The notes under the pieces are model-generated. The model saw only the letters and a program-made list of their open reading frames with translations. It was not told the origin of the DNA and made no database searches. From Blepharisma stoltei ATCC 30299 (lineage: Eukaryota > Protista > Ciliophora), in contig CBFDEM010000018.1 of assembly GCA_965603825.1 (NCBI GenBank), positions 248,001 to 312,000 of the forward strand: a stretch of DNA of 64,000 bases, read 5' to 3'. The translations under genes were made by a program, and so were the position numbers. Numbering within the stretch: the stretch's first letter is position 1; each line of letters starts with the position of its first letter. Positions 34,355-47,940 of this stretch are shown one piece after another.

Positions 34355-37024
34355 ATGGAAGGAAACAATCCATTCAACTCTCGCTGCCTTCAAGAGCTTC
34401 AGGCTAATGGTCAAACTTACAAGTATTACAGTCTCCCATCTCTCAATGACGCTCGTTTAGACAAACTCCCATACTCCATAAGAATTCTCCTTGAAAGTGC
34501 AATCCGCAATTGTGATGAATTCTCGATCAAGTCTTCTGACGTCGAAAACATCTTGAACTGGGCAACTACAAGTCAAATGGACATTGAAATTCCATTCAAG
34601 CCTGCACGTGTTGTTTTGCAAGACTTCACTGGAGTCCCAGCTGTTGTTGATCTTGCTGCTATGCGTGATGCAATGCTAAGGATGGGAAATGACCCTCAGA
34701 AAATCAACCCTCTGTGCCCTGCTGATCTCGTAATTGACCACTCAATCCAAGCTGATGTGGCAAGATCTCCAGATGCCCTCAGAATGAACGAAGAAATCGA
34801 GTTCAACAGAAACAAAGAACGCTTTGAGTTCTTAAAGTGGGGACAAAATGCTTTCCAGAACTTCTTGATTGTCCCTCCTGGATCAGGGATTGTCCACCAA
34901 GTCAACTTGGAATATCTTGCAAGAATTATTTTTAATTCTAATGGGTATTTGTACCCAGACTCAGTTGTTGGAACTGATAGTCATACCACCATGATTAATG
35001 GAGCTGGTGTTGTAGGTTGGGGTGTCGGAGGAATTGAAGCAGAAGCAGTCATGCTCGGCCAAGTAATTTCAATGGTTTTACCACAAGTTGTAGGATTCAG
35101 ACTTACTGGAAATCTCCCACAAACAGCAACTGCAACAGATTTAGTTTTGACAGCAACTAAAATGCTCAGACAAAGAGGAGTTGTCGGAAAATTCGTAGAA
35201 TTCTTCGGACCTGGTGTTGAAGGCTTATCCATTGCAGACAGAGCCACAATAGCTAACATGTCCCCTGAATACGGTGCAACTATGGGCTATTTCCCTATGG
35301 ACCACAAGACTTTGGATTATTTAAGATCATCTGGAAGAACTGACGACCAAATTGCATATATTGAAGCTTATTTAAGAGCCCAAGGCTTATTCAGAGATTT
35401 CAATGGTCCTGATCCTGAGTTTTCAGGCGCAGTTTTAGAGCTTGACTTAAGTACAGTTGTGCCTTGCGTTGCTGGACCTAAGAGACCACATGATAGAGTC
35501 CCAGTCTCAGACTTAAAGAACGATTTCTTGACTGGACTTACAGGACTAGTGAATTTCAAAGGATTCGGAGTTCCAAATCCAGATGCAACAGCCACCTTTG
35601 ATTATCATGACCAACAGACCACCATTAAGCACGGCTCAGTTGTGATTGCAGCCATCACCTCGTGTACAAACACCTCAAATCCTGACGTTATGCTTGCTGC
35701 TGGTTTATTAGCTAGAAATGCAGTTGCTAAAGGGCTAACAGTTTCCCCTCATATCAAGACTACTTTGTCTCCAGGCTCAGGAGTTGTTACTAGATATTTA
35801 GAGCTTGCAGGTGTTTTGCCACATTTAACTCAGCTTGGTTTTGCTTTGGCAGGCTATGGATGTATGACTTGTATTGGAAACAGTGGAGATCTTGACGAAA
35901 GCGTCCAAAAAGCAATTCAATCTGAAGACTTAGTAGCTGCAGCTGTTTTATCAGGCAACAGAAACTTTGAAGGAAGAGTAAACCCATTCACCAGAGCCAA
36001 CTATTTAGCTTCTCCTCCTCTTGTGGTCGCTTATGCTTTGGCAGGAAGAGTTGATATTGATTTCGAGACTGAGCCATTAGGCACTTTTGAAGGCGCCCCT
36101 GTGTTCTTACGTGATGTCTGGCCGACCCGTGATGCTATTGCTCAAACAGTTTCAGAAGTAATTAAGCCAGAAATGTATAGAGAAGTTTATACAAGAATTG
36201 CCCAAGGCACCCCATCATGGAACTCTTTACAAGTTTCAGAAGGGTTTTTATATGAATGGAAAGCAGAGTCCACTTATATCCACAACCCACCTTTCTTCCT
36301 AGGTCTAACAGCAGATGTCCCAGCAATCAAAGATATTACTGATGCTTATGTTCTTCTTAAGCTTGGAGACTCAATTACCACTGACCATATTTCTCCAGCA
36401 GGAAACATTTCTAAGAACTCCCCAGCTGCAAGATATTTGACATCCAGAGGAGTCCAGCCTAGAGACTTCAACTCATATGGCTCCAGAAGAGGAAATGATG
36501 AAGTCATGGCAAGAGGAACTTTTGCTAATATCAGACTTATCAATCAACTTGTTCAGAACCCAGGCCCTCAAACTGTGCATTTCCCAACTGGCGAAACTAT
36601 TGATATTTTTGATGCAAGCCAAAGATACCAACAGGACGGGCAACAACTCATTGTGATTGCTGGAAAAGAATATGGTTCTGGGTCTTCTAGAGATTGGGCT
36701 GCTAAAGGACCATTCCTTTTAGGAATTAAAGCAGTCATTGCAGAAAGCTATGAAAGAATCCACAGATCTAACTTAATTGGCATGGGAATTTTACCACTGC
36801 AATTCAAGCAAGGAGAAAGTGCAGCTACTTATGGCCTGACTGGAACTGAGAGATATACAATTGCTCTTGGAGGACAAGTTAAAGTGAACCAAATGATTGA
36901 AGTAACTACAAGTGATGGAAAAAGATTTGAAGTCATGACAAGAATTGACACTGATGTAGAAGTGGAGTATTTCAGACATAACGGCATTCTGAATTACGTC
37001 TTAAGAAAGCTTAATAAAGCATAA
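34355..37024 (+). CDS. ACO1: Aconitate hydratase, AcnA/IRP1 (cytosolic/plant-like) type
   Basis: [57 protein letters not shown]. Confidence 0.98.
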   Translation: MEGNNPFNSRCLQELQANGQTYKYYSLPSLNDARLDKLPYSIRILLESAIRNCDEFSIKSSDVENILNWATTSQMDIEIPFKPARVVLQDFTGVPAVVDLAAMRDAMLRMGNDPQKINPLCPADLVIDHSIQADVARSPDALRMNEEIEFNRNKERFEFLKWGQNAFQNFLIVPPGSGIVHQVNLEYLARIIFNSNGYLYPDSVVGTDSHTTMINGAGVVGWGVGGIEAEAVMLGQVISMVLPQVVGFRLTGNLPQTATATDLVLTATKMLRQRGVVGKFVEFFGPGVEGLSIADRATIANMSPEYGATMGYFPMDHKTLDYLRSSGRTDDQIAYIEAYLRAQGLFRDFNGPDPEFSGAVLELDLSTVVPCVAGPKRPHDRVPVSDLKNDFLTGLTGLVNFKGFGVPNPDATATFDYHDQQTTIKHGSVVIAAITSCTNTSNPDVMLAAGLLARNAVAKGLTVSPHIKTTLSPGSGVVTRYLELAGVLPHLTQLGFALAGYGCMTCIGNSGDLDESVQKAIQSEDLVAAAVLSGNRNFEGRVNPFTRANYLASPPLVVAYALAGRVDIDFETEPLGTFEGAPVFLRDVWPTRDAIAQTVSEVIKPEMYREVYTRIAQGTPSWNSLQVSEGFLYEWKAESTYIHNPPFFLGLTADVPAIKDITDAYVLLKLGDSITTDHISPAGNISKNSPAARYLTSRGVQPRDFNSYGSRRGNDEVMARGTFANIRLINQLVQNPGPQTVHFPTGETIDIFDASQRYQQDGQQLIVIAGKEYGSGSSRDWAAKGPFLLGIKAVIAESYERIHRSNLIGMGILPLQFKQGESAATYGLTGTERYTIALGGQVKVNQMIEVTTSDGKRFEVMTRIDTDVEVEYFRHNGILNYVLRKLNKA

Positions 37025-38584
37025 AAACTTTTTATCATTTTGTGTTTAATAGGAAATATAAGAAAAATGACTAGTAATAACTCTTCAATTATATTTTACC
37101 TTAATTATATAAAGACTTGCTAATATTAAAAAGATAGCCTTCTTCATTGGGAGAAAATATAGGAAAAATCTTATATTTAAAATTTAAATATTAAATGAAC
37201 TCTAAACTGATAGAAAATTAGTTTGTATCTATTTTGTGTAAAAAATTTTAAAAAATTATAGGATTAGGAAAATTGCATTTGTGATGTAATTTATTGCAGT
37301 GTCTGATTTCAAAAATATTAAAAATCAACCCTTCATGAATGAACTAAATCTACTCGAGAACCAAAGAAAGAATAAGTAAAAGGCATATTAAGCAGAAAAC
37401 CAAAAAGTGACGTATAAAAAGTACTAAAGCAATAATATATAAAACACTTATAAAAATTATTGATCAGCAAGTAAATATAAAACATTTTTCTTGGAGACCA
37501 TTCTCCTGCTTTGAAAATTTACGAAATTTCATAACAAATTTGAAGAGATTGGGCTAAGAGAATATATAAAATTGAAGGATTCTTAGATGGAATGTGGGTC
37601 AGGGTGACGGAATTACTCGATAAGAAAAATGAGTGAATGGTGACAGAAGTACCGAAAACTACTAAGCGATTTAGAGTACTAGCTTGATTACATAGAATTT
37701 TCTTCACCCACTTAAAATAAAAAGCGATATAGGTAATTTTTGATTTTACGGCATTAAACTGCGTAAATTATTACTTTAGACTATAAAAAAGTAAATTTCG
37801 TCCAGATTTATAGCAATTTATTCACCTCATGAACTTAATTTTGCTTATATATACAGTAGTCAAAATATGGCTAGAATCTTAATTTATAGCCGCATTCCAT
37901 TTATAATTTATATACTCGTCACTATTGTTGTGAAAATAAAGAGCCCCTCATAAAAAGCATAGTAATTGATAGCTAAGCTAAATAGTAATAATTTAATTCT
38001 GAATCAAAATATTTAAAAAAATTCTAGAGATTGCAATACTAGTTTAAGGCTTCCTACAGAAATTTTTAATAATATCATCGTGAATTTAAACAGTGTAAAT
38101 GCAGTAATTTGATTGCTTATAATTCTTATATAATTTTTGGATAAAATATATAGTTGCTAGTCATTTAATTTTTCAAGAGTGTCCGCAAACTTAAGCAATG
38201 CGCCAGAATATGCTATTTCATTTTCTGATTTAAAATTCAGTCATATAATTTGATAGCTACCTAATTAAAATTGATAATCCCAAATTTATTTGCTTTATTA
38301 AATTTCCCATTGCCTAATTTTTTTTAAGCCCTATTATCCCTTATTATCCTATGAATTGCAAGAATAATAAATAGTGTTTTTCACTCTAAAATTTGGATAT
38401 GTAATTTCTCCATTCATTCAGAACCAATTTAAGTAAAGGCTTTGCTAATCAACATTTATTATTGGTGTAGTTTACTCCCAATTTTGCTTATGGAGATCTC
38501 TTATCAAATTCCTTTGAAGTTTTAAATATTGTAATGCAAAATTTCTAATAAGCAGTTAAGGAACTTATATTATACTTCTTTTTC

Positions 38585-39331
38585 ATGGTAAAAATTTCAG
38601 TACTAAAAAATTATAAAATGTTGCCATCTATGGGTCAAGTTATCGCCAAAACCATACCACCATTTTGGAACAACCCAAGCAGGAAATCCAGACATGAATC
38701 GTGCGTGCTCTCGCTATTTTATAACCCCAAAAGTCCTATTTTCAAGCCACCGAAAAAAGAATACTTGCGCTGCAAATTAATCAGAGGTCACAAGCGTATT
38801 CTTAGGCAAATAAAAAAATGCATAATACCAGCAAAGACACTGAATAGAATTGACCCCTCCAACCCCAGTGCACTTCGTCAGTACGAGGCACTCAGAAATT
38901 GCTACTACAGAAATGCTGATGAGCTCGATCCGCTAACAGAGACAGTAAAAGGCCCAATTACTGACGGAAGGGCAAAGAGAAAGTCAGCATGGTGCGAGGA
39001 CATTGAAAACAGCTTTAACATGTCTTTCTGTAGATCTTACTTCGCTCCAAACTCCATACGAGAGTCTTATTTCTTGTATGTTGAACTGATCTTTATGGAG
39101 CTTGATGCTGAAGTTTTATGCGATAAGTTTGATTTCCACTGCTGCAGAGAGAAGAATCATTCCGGTGAATGCATCGAGAAGTGGCTACTCATGAAAAATA
39201 TTATACAATTCGACATGATCAGAGAACTGGATCATGAACCTATAGTTTGTTCAGAAATCATTCTCCCTAACTATGGCTTAGATAAGCTCAAACACGCACA
39301 TTCTGAAATGATTAGCCAAGCTAATATGTAA
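38585..39331 (+). CDS. Hypothetical protein, basic and Cys/His-rich (start could be 38618 or 38630)
   Basis: 248-aa ORF with raised GC; PPKKEYLRCKLIRGHKR and FHCC..HSGECIEKW. Confidence 0.75.
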   Translation: MVKISVLKNYKMLPSMGQVIAKTIPPFWNNPSRKSRHESCVLSLFYNPKSPIFKPPKKEYLRCKLIRGHKRILRQIKKCIIPAKTLNRIDPSNPSALRQYEALRNCYYRNADELDPLTETVKGPITDGRAKRKSAWCEDIENSFNMSFCRSYFAPNSIRESYFLYVELIFMELDAEVLCDKFDFHCCREKNHSGECIEKWLLMKNIIQFDMIRELDHEPIVCSEIILPNYGLDKLKHAHSEMISQANM

Positions 39332-39850
39332 GAAGAAGAAAACTCATGACCTGGAGACACCTTAAATAGCCAAAAATATGTTAATAAATAAATAAATAGG
39401 ATGTCAATATGATGTAAAAATTACTCAGAAATCATATCAAAAAAGAAAAAAAGAATATTTTGTAATAAAAATTTTTGAACTATCAGTGGGTTTACGCTTC
39501 TATGAAAATTGTTAATTAAATTTGAGCTGATTATTATTATTATTACAGTTGCTTAAATACTACAAAAAAAACAAATTTTTTACGTTGATTATTGTCATTT
39601 TTATAAAAAATATTTATCAATAATTCTTAAGCCTACTGTTTATATAATTTAGATCAAAGAAAATTGTCGGTTGATCAATGAATGAAGATGATTACTTGCA
39701 AAATATTCAAAAAAATCGATTTGAATTCAAATAATAAATAGAGAACGCAAGGCTTTCTTAATTGCTAAATATAATCAATTCTAAAATGCTATTCGAGTAA
39801 CTTAAAGAATAATTTATAAACATTAAAAAAATTTTAGGCTTTAATATTTT

Positions 39851-42556
39851 TTATACATACTCGGAAAAATCTTTAAACGACCTATTTCCTAACTCAAATG
39901 ATTGCTGCTTTATTTCATGATGGATAGATCTTTTTTTATTACTATTCGTTTTTTTGATTAATGAAAGTTTATGCTCTCTAACGCTATCTTTTGCAATTTT
40001 GAAAATTAGCTTTCCATTAGTATATTGATGAGAAGTATCATGAATAGAAGTTATTATGAAGCCCCTGTCCTTTGGAAACTTCAGTCCCATCGAATCACGT
40101 CTATTTCTGAAATTCTCTTCTGCATTGTATATTGTTTTAATCAAAGGAAAATTCATTTGATAGTTTACTTTATGACTTTGAGAAATTTTTGTATGTGCTT
40201 CTTGTGTCGCATAGTGCTTACTAATACTTATCGGAGCTCTCACATAGTTAGGCATGGGCACTGATTTTTTTCTGATAGAAGGCTTAGTGCTCGGAAACGA
40301 ATAGCTTTCGTTTAGTGGGTCAATTTTTTGGCTTTCGTTAAAGCTTGCTTGCATAATATTAGCAGATGGCGGTCTTTGAATGGAACTATTCATTAATTGA
40401 TTAGACTGTCTTTTTTGAAGATGCTTCGATTTTGATCTCTCTAACTCATTTTTATGCTCAATTTTCAAAGCTTTATACTCAATTCTTTTGTCGTCATTAT
40501 CTGATGAATCTGAGTCAGACTCCGAGCTTTCAACTTCTTGAGCTTCTTCATGAGTTATTTGCTCATTATATATAATGCCAACTTCATTTAACAATTCTTT
40601 TATTTCTATATTTTCTGTATTTTGCTCGTCATAATTTTCTTCCATATCAAGCGTATTTATTTCTTGAGTCAAGCAGATGTCTGCAATGCTTCCAATCTCT
40701 GATTTGTTTTCTTCCCTATCGAAAGAACTGCAAATCTGCCTTATCTCTGTCCTGGACTTAACAAATGAAAATTGTCCATAAAGAAAATTGCAAAGCTCTT
40801 GCAATTTTTTACGAAAAAGGATTGGACAGAAAAAAATCATGAGCTGCTTGCATAAATCTTTCCCAATAGTTTCTAAATTTTCTTGTGATATATGAGATTC
40901 CTCAATTAGATTCTTTTTAGACGGGCCAAAAAAGGAAGACTCAAGTGTAAAACTATTAAGAATTCCAAATTCTCTGAAAAACACAATTCTTGAGGTTTTT
41001 TCTTTATATTTTTCCATTCTAAAGCGTGAATTCTTATAAGAAATCAGCCCATTTCTTTTTGCTAATAAAAAAGGAAATAGTTTAATAAACAAATTATTTC
41101 TAGTATCATCTAAATCCCCAGTGGACTTACAGGCATATATAAATATATCTTTTTTCGTTGAGTGGCCATGCATATCGCAATGCAAAGCAATTTCTCTTTC
41201 TTCTGATAGCATTTGGACAATTTTTTTTGAATAATAAATAGTAGGGTGCATATATTTATTAGGATTTATTCAGCGTCTATTTAAATCAACTCCAAGAAGA
41301 CTACACCTATAATTTCCATATATAACACCATCAGGATTTAGCATAGGAATTATTTTGAAAATATATTTTCTCCTTAATTTTATCGCTTCTTTTGAGTTTC
41401 CTAATAGAAATTCTATTGCCCCTTTCATCATGTAGGAAGAATTTGATTCTCCTGGATGGACTCTTGCTGTTAAAACTACTGCTTTTTTATTCTTATGCTC
41501 ATTTGTATTTTTATTGTCATCAGTTTTTGTGTTGCTTTTATATTTTTCAATAAGTCTTATATGAGCCTGCTGCCTCAAAATTTTCTGTTTTAAAAGCTTT
41601 CTTGCAGCAGCACTTTTTTGGAGGTTTTTGTATTCTTGTTCTCAAGACGTGTAGGTGCTGATATTTTCTGTTATAGTTAAAACTGGGCAAATATTCCCCG
41701 CAAGAGTCCTGCATAATGGGTTCACCCTCAAAAATTGGCTTGCATTCGGATTTGAAGAATAAGAAGACAGGTCGTCCATTAGCTGAGTATAGTTATAAGG
41801 AAAGCTATAAGCAAAATATACTAAATCATTTTCATGTTTAAATGTGAAGGTAAACGTCAACGTAAAATAATAACGAATTTTGCTTTTATCGTATGATGGT
41901 CTTTGTATATTATTTTGAAAATAACTTATCATCGTCCCATCTCTATATCACTCTTTTCCGGTTAATTCAAATTCTCTTTTTGAAAAAATCAGCGGTTTCA
42001 TTCCATCATTGAATAAAGACTTCCGCTTCATTAAATTGATGATATTAAATCTTACTTTGTGGTTCGCTTTATAATTTTCTACAGAGAAATAAAATCATTG
42101 TGTGTGCCCTTGAGTTTCCATATCGAATTCTAATAGCAAGTCATATAAATCTTCATTATGTTTTATTGCTTTTCTTAAATTTCCACTTTCGAATTTCGAA
42201 TTAAATTTTAAGGTGTTTTCGGCTGGTATTACAATCGTATACTCTTGGGGAAGTTGCTTAAAGGGAGTGTAGCTTTTCATATTCAAATATTGTTGGTAGT
42301 CTGATTAAGGAATACCATAATCATGTGATAAAGCAATTTCATTACGAATTTGGAGAGGAATTTCTCTTTTGGGGATTTGGTTGTGTAAATTTGAATCTTC
42401 ATCGTAGACTCGTGCTCGAGAGTCATAAACAAGAATGCCATCCATTTCGTAGCGGTATAGATTAGATTGGCCTGTATCTTCTTTCGATCTCATAAATGCT
42501 CAAAAATCATCGTTTTGGTTTTGAGCATTATTACTTGAGTTAATAGAAGATTCCAT
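39851..42556 (-). CDS. Cytosolic carboxypeptidase (CCP/AGBL tubulin deglutamylase family, M14D), ~896 aa
   Basis: [60 protein letters not shown]; five TGA=Trp and one intron. Confidence 0.93.
42301..42315 (-). other. 15-nt intron GTATTCCTTAATCAG
   Basis: Removes an in-frame TAA; frame continues YDYQQYLNM. Confidence 0.85.
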
Positions 42557-42807
42557 AAAAATATTTAATTATTATCTAAAAAATTAGGCTTTGGTATAGC
42601 AAATTAAAGGCATTGGGACTTAAGCATCAGTTTAATATAGTTTTTATCTTATAATTTATCTGCAGAATACGTTTATTGGATTTATTTTTATTCCACTAAT
42701 ATGCTAATCGCTGGGTCTGTTTGGTTTTATTTTAATAAAATATATTAAATGAATAAATATTTATCTGATTAATATCAAAATTCATTAGTTACTTAAAGTT
42801 GCCTATA

Positions 42808-44253
42808 ATGGATGAGAAAAAACACTCTTGCAAGCTATCTCCCAAATGCATTTTGGTATTTATGACTGCGATAAGTATCGTTATCTACATTGATCGTGGA
42901 GCTTTATCTGCTATTATTCCAATTCTCCAAGAAGACTCAACTTTAAATCTGAATCCAATTGAAGCGGGTTCATTAGGCTCTCTATTTATGCTTGGTTATA
43001 TGATAACTTGCCCAATATTTGCCCATGAAGCTCAATTCATTCATCCTTTATACTTGATGGCTATTGGGCTCATTATATGATCAATTGCTGTATTATCGAT
43101 TTCCATGATTACCTCATTCTGGCCTTTAGCAATTGCAAGAGCTTTTACAGGGATTGGAGAAGCATCATTTATCTCTTTATCCCCGCCTTATATTATGGAA
43201 GTAGCCCCAGAGCAGCATAAAAGTATGTGACTTGCTATATTTTTTGCGTCTATGCCTATAGGATATGCAATCGGATTTGTATATGGGAATTCTACATACG
43301 AATTATTTAATGCTTGGTACGCGCCTTTTGCTATTGAAGGCATAGCGATTATTCCTCTAATCATCATTTCGTTGCTTGCTTATAAAGACCCTAGCCTGCT
43401 TTCAAGAAAGCAAATAGGAGAAAGCAACGAATATGCAACACTCACAATGTGCCAACAACTTGAAAAATTGGCCAAAAATCCAATATTTATCTGCTTGTCA
43501 CTTGGATATGGGGCTTATGCATTTACAGTAGGTGGCATTTCTTATTGGGTAAGATCTATGTAGGGTCCTGATTTTCTGCAAAAATATTTTAATTTAAGTG
43601 CGAGTTCTTCAACCTTGTGACTAGGAGGAATCACCATTTTCTGTGGACTTGTTGCAACCATTCATGGCTCTTGGATTTTAGACAAAAGACTGGTAAAAGA
43701 AAATAAGCTTTTTCATGATGGTCTCGCTACAGAAGAGGAAATTGAAAATACAAGGACGAGAGAAGCTACGTTTATTCTTCTTATTTCTATGACTTTAGGG
43801 ACGATTATTGGAGTAATTGGGTCGCTTACTGATGATTTTTATCCTTTCATTATTTGTTTGGGAATTGCAGAATATATGATATTTTTGTAAAACTAATTTA
43901 GGGGGCATGGACCAGTGGGAATTGCATTGATGACTTGTGTTTCAAAAGAAATGAGAGGACAGTCTAATGCGATTTCTATATTTATTACACATCTAGTTGG
44001 AGACTTTCCTTCTCCTTTTCTAATTGGGATATGATTTGAAACAATAGGATTATACTGGGGAATGTTCTGTGTTACAGCTTGGCTGAGCTGGTCTGCTCTT
44101 TTTATGGGATTAGCATGAAATTTTGCTGTAAAATATATGTAGAGATATAATGGGCAGAGTGTGCTTTATGTATTGTCTCATCTATTTAAAAGTAGTAAAG
44201 AAGGTTTGAAAAATAGCGCGAGAGATGTGAAATTTGAAAAATTTCAAAATTAA
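42808..44253 (+). CDS. Spinster-like MFS transporter, ~466 aa
   Basis: IYIDRGAL, ARAFTGIGEASF, MPIGYAIGFVYG, HLVGDFPSP; several TGA=Trp and three 15-nt introns. Confidence 0.92.
43549..43563 (+). other. 15-nt intron GTAAGATCTATGTAG
   Basis: Restores SYW-GPDF. Confidence 0.9.
43887..43901 (+). other. 15-nt intron GTAAAACTAATTTAG
   Basis: Removes in-frame stops. Confidence 0.88.
44128..44142 (+). other. 15-nt intron GTAAAATATATGTAG
   Basis: GT..AG with A at position 10; removes TAG and the frame continues to TAA 44253. Confidence 0.8.
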
Positions 44254-44620
44254 AAATTAGCCAGATAGTTTTAATTAATAGTAGATATTTAAATTTTTAA
44301 AAATAGGACAGAAGTTATGCAAAAATAAATTTAAATATTGTTTTTCTCCAAACAAAACTAATAATTTTTAATAATAATTATTAGAGATCTGTTTTTAATT
44401 TATTTTACGTTAAAGATTATGATTTTTGCAATAATTTACCTTACCCATATCAGTTTCCTATTTTTAGCTTTTTTTTTAATAATTTCTCAACAAATATAAA
44501 ACTCTTTATCATCTTAAGGCTCTATTCTCATTATTATCTGAACATTTTCGACCATACAGATTATCTTAAAACTAACTAAAAATGCAGCTTCTCAACTTAT
44601 AATCCAAATAATAAGACTGA

Positions 44621-46345
44621 ATGGGAACATGCTGCGCAGCCAGGCCAAGAGGAAAAGAGCTTGATATAATATCAACAAATCGAAATGTAACACAAAGATT
44701 GCTTAAAACAGCTAGAGTGGAAACTCGTGAAGTAGGAGTTCTTGTGAACTCAATTAGCTTAGAAGGCTACTATTCATCTTCCTGCAGTTCCAGAAGAGAT
44801 CTAAATTCAACTAAAAGAAGTGGCTACGACATAGAAACCAATAAAAGTGATTCCAGAAGAGCAAATGTGCCACAAATTCCTATAAATAAAACATTATTTA
44901 CAAAAGAATCAGAAAGTCAAAGCCAAAATTCCCTCATGCATTCTTTAAGAAATGACGAAGCAATCGAAAATTCCAGAAGTTTTTCAGAAAATCCTGAAAG
45001 CAAGCCACGAGATTTGCTGAGTTTAATTAAAAGTCGAAATTCAAGCGTCGAAAGTATTCAATCATCGAGTGTAAATAAACCGCACTTACCTTTAGAGCGA
45101 AATTCAGTAAGTGAAATTAAGCTTTCACCTTCAAATTCAATCAGCGTCATTCAACTATCGCCAGACGGCACACCATACAGTAATCCTCGAAATCTACTGA
45201 CAAAGAAATCATCATTTTTAAATATTCCAGAAAAAACCTATATGCGTCAAGAATCATTGATAAGTGAGGACTCAGGAGTTTTTTCTGATGACAGTGTTGA
45301 CTCAGACAGAGGTGGAATGTCACCTATAGATATCCTTGCTCCATTAAAAGATCCAGCAAAGGATTTTCAAAGTGCGAAAACGATGAAAAAGCATGTATCT
45401 ATAAGGAGCCCATCGAAAGAAGATCTTAGCATTGAAAAATCAACGCTTAAGCCTACAGCAAGAAACTCGTTTATGACAATAAAGAAAGTTCAAGTCATCC
45501 ACACAAAAGAAATCAATAGAGTCAAGCTTACTAATGACAAATTTCAGCTGAACCAATATACTGCTGACTGCATGGTAGGGCAAGGGGCTTTTGGCAAAGT
45601 TTACCGGGCGAAAGACAGTTCTGGAAATTTAGTAGCAATAAAAATATATAATAAGCAGCAATTAAGACACAGATGGATAGGGAAAGCAAAAACTGCACTT
45701 TTTGCAGTGAAATGTGAAATAGAAATCATGGAGAAGCTTGAGCATCCTAATGTTTTGCAGCTTTATGAAGTAATTGAAAACGACGTCTGCAACAAAATTT
45801 ATATGATTTTAGAATTCGCACCAGGAGGGACCTTAAACGAAATATCGCCTATGGAAGAAAAAGAAGCTCTTTATTACTTCAAGCAGCTAATTCTAGGGCT
45901 GGAATATCTCCATGAAAAGGCACTCGTGGTGCATAGAGATATAAAGCCTCAGAATTTATTGCTAGATGAACACAATAATCTAAAAATATCAGATTTCGGG
46001 TCTGCCCAAGAAATGGCAAATGGAAGAGACGAATTTTCTAATAGTGCAGGGACTTGGGCGTTTATGGCACCTGAATTGCATGGAGGAAATGGATCATTTA
46101 AGGGAAGACCTGTAGATATATGGGCAGTCGGAGTAACCTTGTTTTATATGCTGGAAGGAAAAACTCCATTCAATGGGAGGAGGCTGATTGATCTGTATGA
46201 AGCTGTGAAAAACCAAGAAGTGGTGGTTCCCGAAAAATATAACGATGACTTGAAGGATCTGATTTTGAAAATGCTCAATAAAGATCCAGACCAACGAGCT
46301 TCCATAGAACAGATAAAATCCCATCCTTGGGTAAAACTTGTATAA
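44621..46345 (+). CDS. CaMKK/GRIK-like Ser/Thr kinase with N-acylation motif
   Basis: MGTCC, long Ser-rich N-terminus, LNQY, GQGAFGKV, HRDIKPQN, DFG, AGTWAFMAPE. Confidence 0.9.
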   Translation: MGTCCAARPRGKELDIISTNRNVTQRLLKTARVETREVGVLVNSISLEGYYSSSCSSRRDLNSTKRSGYDIETNKSDSRRANVPQIPINKTLFTKESESQSQNSLMHSLRNDEAIENSRSFSENPESKPRDLLSLIKSRNSSVESIQSSSVNKPHLPLERNSVSEIKLSPSNSISVIQLSPDGTPYSNPRNLLTKKSSFLNIPEKTYMRQESLISEDSGVFSDDSVDSDRGGMSPIDILAPLKDPAKDFQSAKTMKKHVSIRSPSKEDLSIEKSTLKPTARNSFMTIKKVQVIHTKEINRVKLTNDKFQLNQYTADCMVGQGAFGKVYRAKDSSGNLVAIKIYNKQQLRHRWIGKAKTALFAVKCEIEIMEKLEHPNVLQLYEVIENDVCNKIYMILEFAPGGTLNEISPMEEKEALYYFKQLILGLEYLHEKALVVHRDIKPQNLLLDEHNNLKISDFGSAQEMANGRDEFSNSAGTWAFMAPELHGGNGSFKGRPVDIWAVGVTLFYMLEGKTPFNGRRLIDLYEAVKNQEVVVPEKYNDDLKDLILKMLNKDPDQRASIEQIKSHPWVKLV

Positions 46346-46527
46346 ATTAAAATATTTTTATATAAACATAAAATGGCCAAGACCTTACTAATCATAATAT
46401 ATTTTAATACATAATTATAAGGCATGGACATTTAGTCAGATTTATTAGTAAAATATTTGATAGTTAAATAATTCTTATTTCCTTGGAGAAATTTGTTGAA
46501 ATTTGGGAATGTTGAACATATTAAAAG

Positions 46528-47208
46528 ATGGAAGGACCAAGAGTGCAATTATATGGAATCCTTTTGTCACAGCCAACAAGGACTCTATATGAATTTTGTT
46601 CATTGTGTAATATTCCATTTGATTTTGTAAGAGTTGATTTACTTAAAGGAGAACACAAAACTGAGTGGTACTCTCAAATAAACCCAGATCAATTGGTTCC
46701 TGCAATCACTCATGGAGATTTCAAGCTTGCAGAGACTTTTGCAATTATCCCATATCTAGCTGAGTATTATCATGTCGATAATCAGTGGTACCCTCAAGAC
46801 CTCCATAAAAGATCCCACATTAATGCTTTTTTCCATTGGCAGCATAACACTATAAGGAAAAGCATTCGCACCTTAATTTTAGAAAAAGTTATTGGCCCCA
46901 AACTTAGAGGAATGCAGCCAATAACAGCTGAAAGAGAAGCAGAATTAAGAGCTGATGCAATAAATAAATTGCGAGATGTAACTCAAATGCTTGAAAAGTG
47001 GAACTTCATTGCTCAAACTTCTGATTTAAGCACAGCTGATCTTGCATGCTATAATGAAATTGTTCAATTGAAATTTCTCAATTTTGACTTCAATGAGTGG
47101 CCAAGGATCAAATCATGGGTAGAAGAGATTGAGAGACTTCAAATTGTTCAAGAAACAAATGGAGAACTATTAGCAGTTGTTGAAAAATTTAACACTCCAC
47201 AAGCTTAA
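46528..47208 (+). CDS. Glutathione S-transferase, theta-like
   Basis: LSQPTR, DLLKGEH, INP..LVPAI, LAETFAI..YL, WYPQD, STADL. Confidence 0.93.
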   Translation: MEGPRVQLYGILLSQPTRTLYEFCSLCNIPFDFVRVDLLKGEHKTEWYSQINPDQLVPAITHGDFKLAETFAIIPYLAEYYHVDNQWYPQDLHKRSHINAFFHWQHNTIRKSIRTLILEKVIGPKLRGMQPITAEREAELRADAINKLRDVTQMLEKWNFIAQTSDLSTADLACYNEIVQLKFLNFDFNEWPRIKSWVEEIERLQIVQETNGELLAVVEKFNTPQA

Positions 47209-47629
47209 TTATATAATCAACTACCTTGCATAACTTAGCATGCCTTTTCTATTTATGATAATAAATTACAGTCCATGCAATTATATATTTTAATTTTAGT
47301 AGATCTTTTATTTTTTATGGATATCTTGCATAAAATAAAGATTAATTCTGCATATAGCATAATAAATAAATAATTAACGCTTATCGCCCACAATTATTGG
47401 GCCAATTCTTCCATCAGGTATCATTAAGATCGCTTTTGATTGATGGTTAACTCAAAACAATTCTATTTCTCAAACTTTTCCGTTGTTAGTAATCAAGATA
47501 GTTTTAATTTGTATTACTTCCAAGTGTAGGTGTTGTGCACTGTGCGCATCGATGGCTCTTGTTTACATTCTATAATCTGATGAATACACTGGATGTAACC
47601 ATATTGATTCCTCTTATCCCACTCATGCA

Positions 47630-47940
47630 GAATTTATATGAATTTTATTCATTGTATATATCTCATTTGATTTTGTAAGAGTCGATTTGTTTAGCAAAGA
47701 AATTACAATATGTATCTTAAATAGTTGACAACTGAAATTTTATAACTCAAACATCTGAATTAAGCATAGCAGATATTGTTTGCTATAACGAAACTGCTCA
47801 ATTGAAATTTCTTAATTGTGACTTTACTAAGTGGCCAGAGATTAAATCATGGATAAAGAGATTGAGAGACTTTAAATTGTTCAAGAAACTAATGGAGATC
47901 TATTTGCGTTTATCCAAAAAATGAGCAGCCCAAAAGTTTA
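47630..47940 (+). pseudogene. Internally deleted GST pseudogene (tandem copy of 46528-47208)
   Basis: 47632-47693 aligns to ~46582-46645 and ~47735-47940 to ~47000-47208. Contains 1-nt deletions and a CAA>TAA change; about 300 nt of the middle is missing. Confidence 0.85.

Noticed and set aside
37335-37720. Possible gene or transposase fragment (…FLDGMWVRVTELLDKK…)
   Set aside because: Interrupted by stops; no DDE motif or terminal repeats seen.
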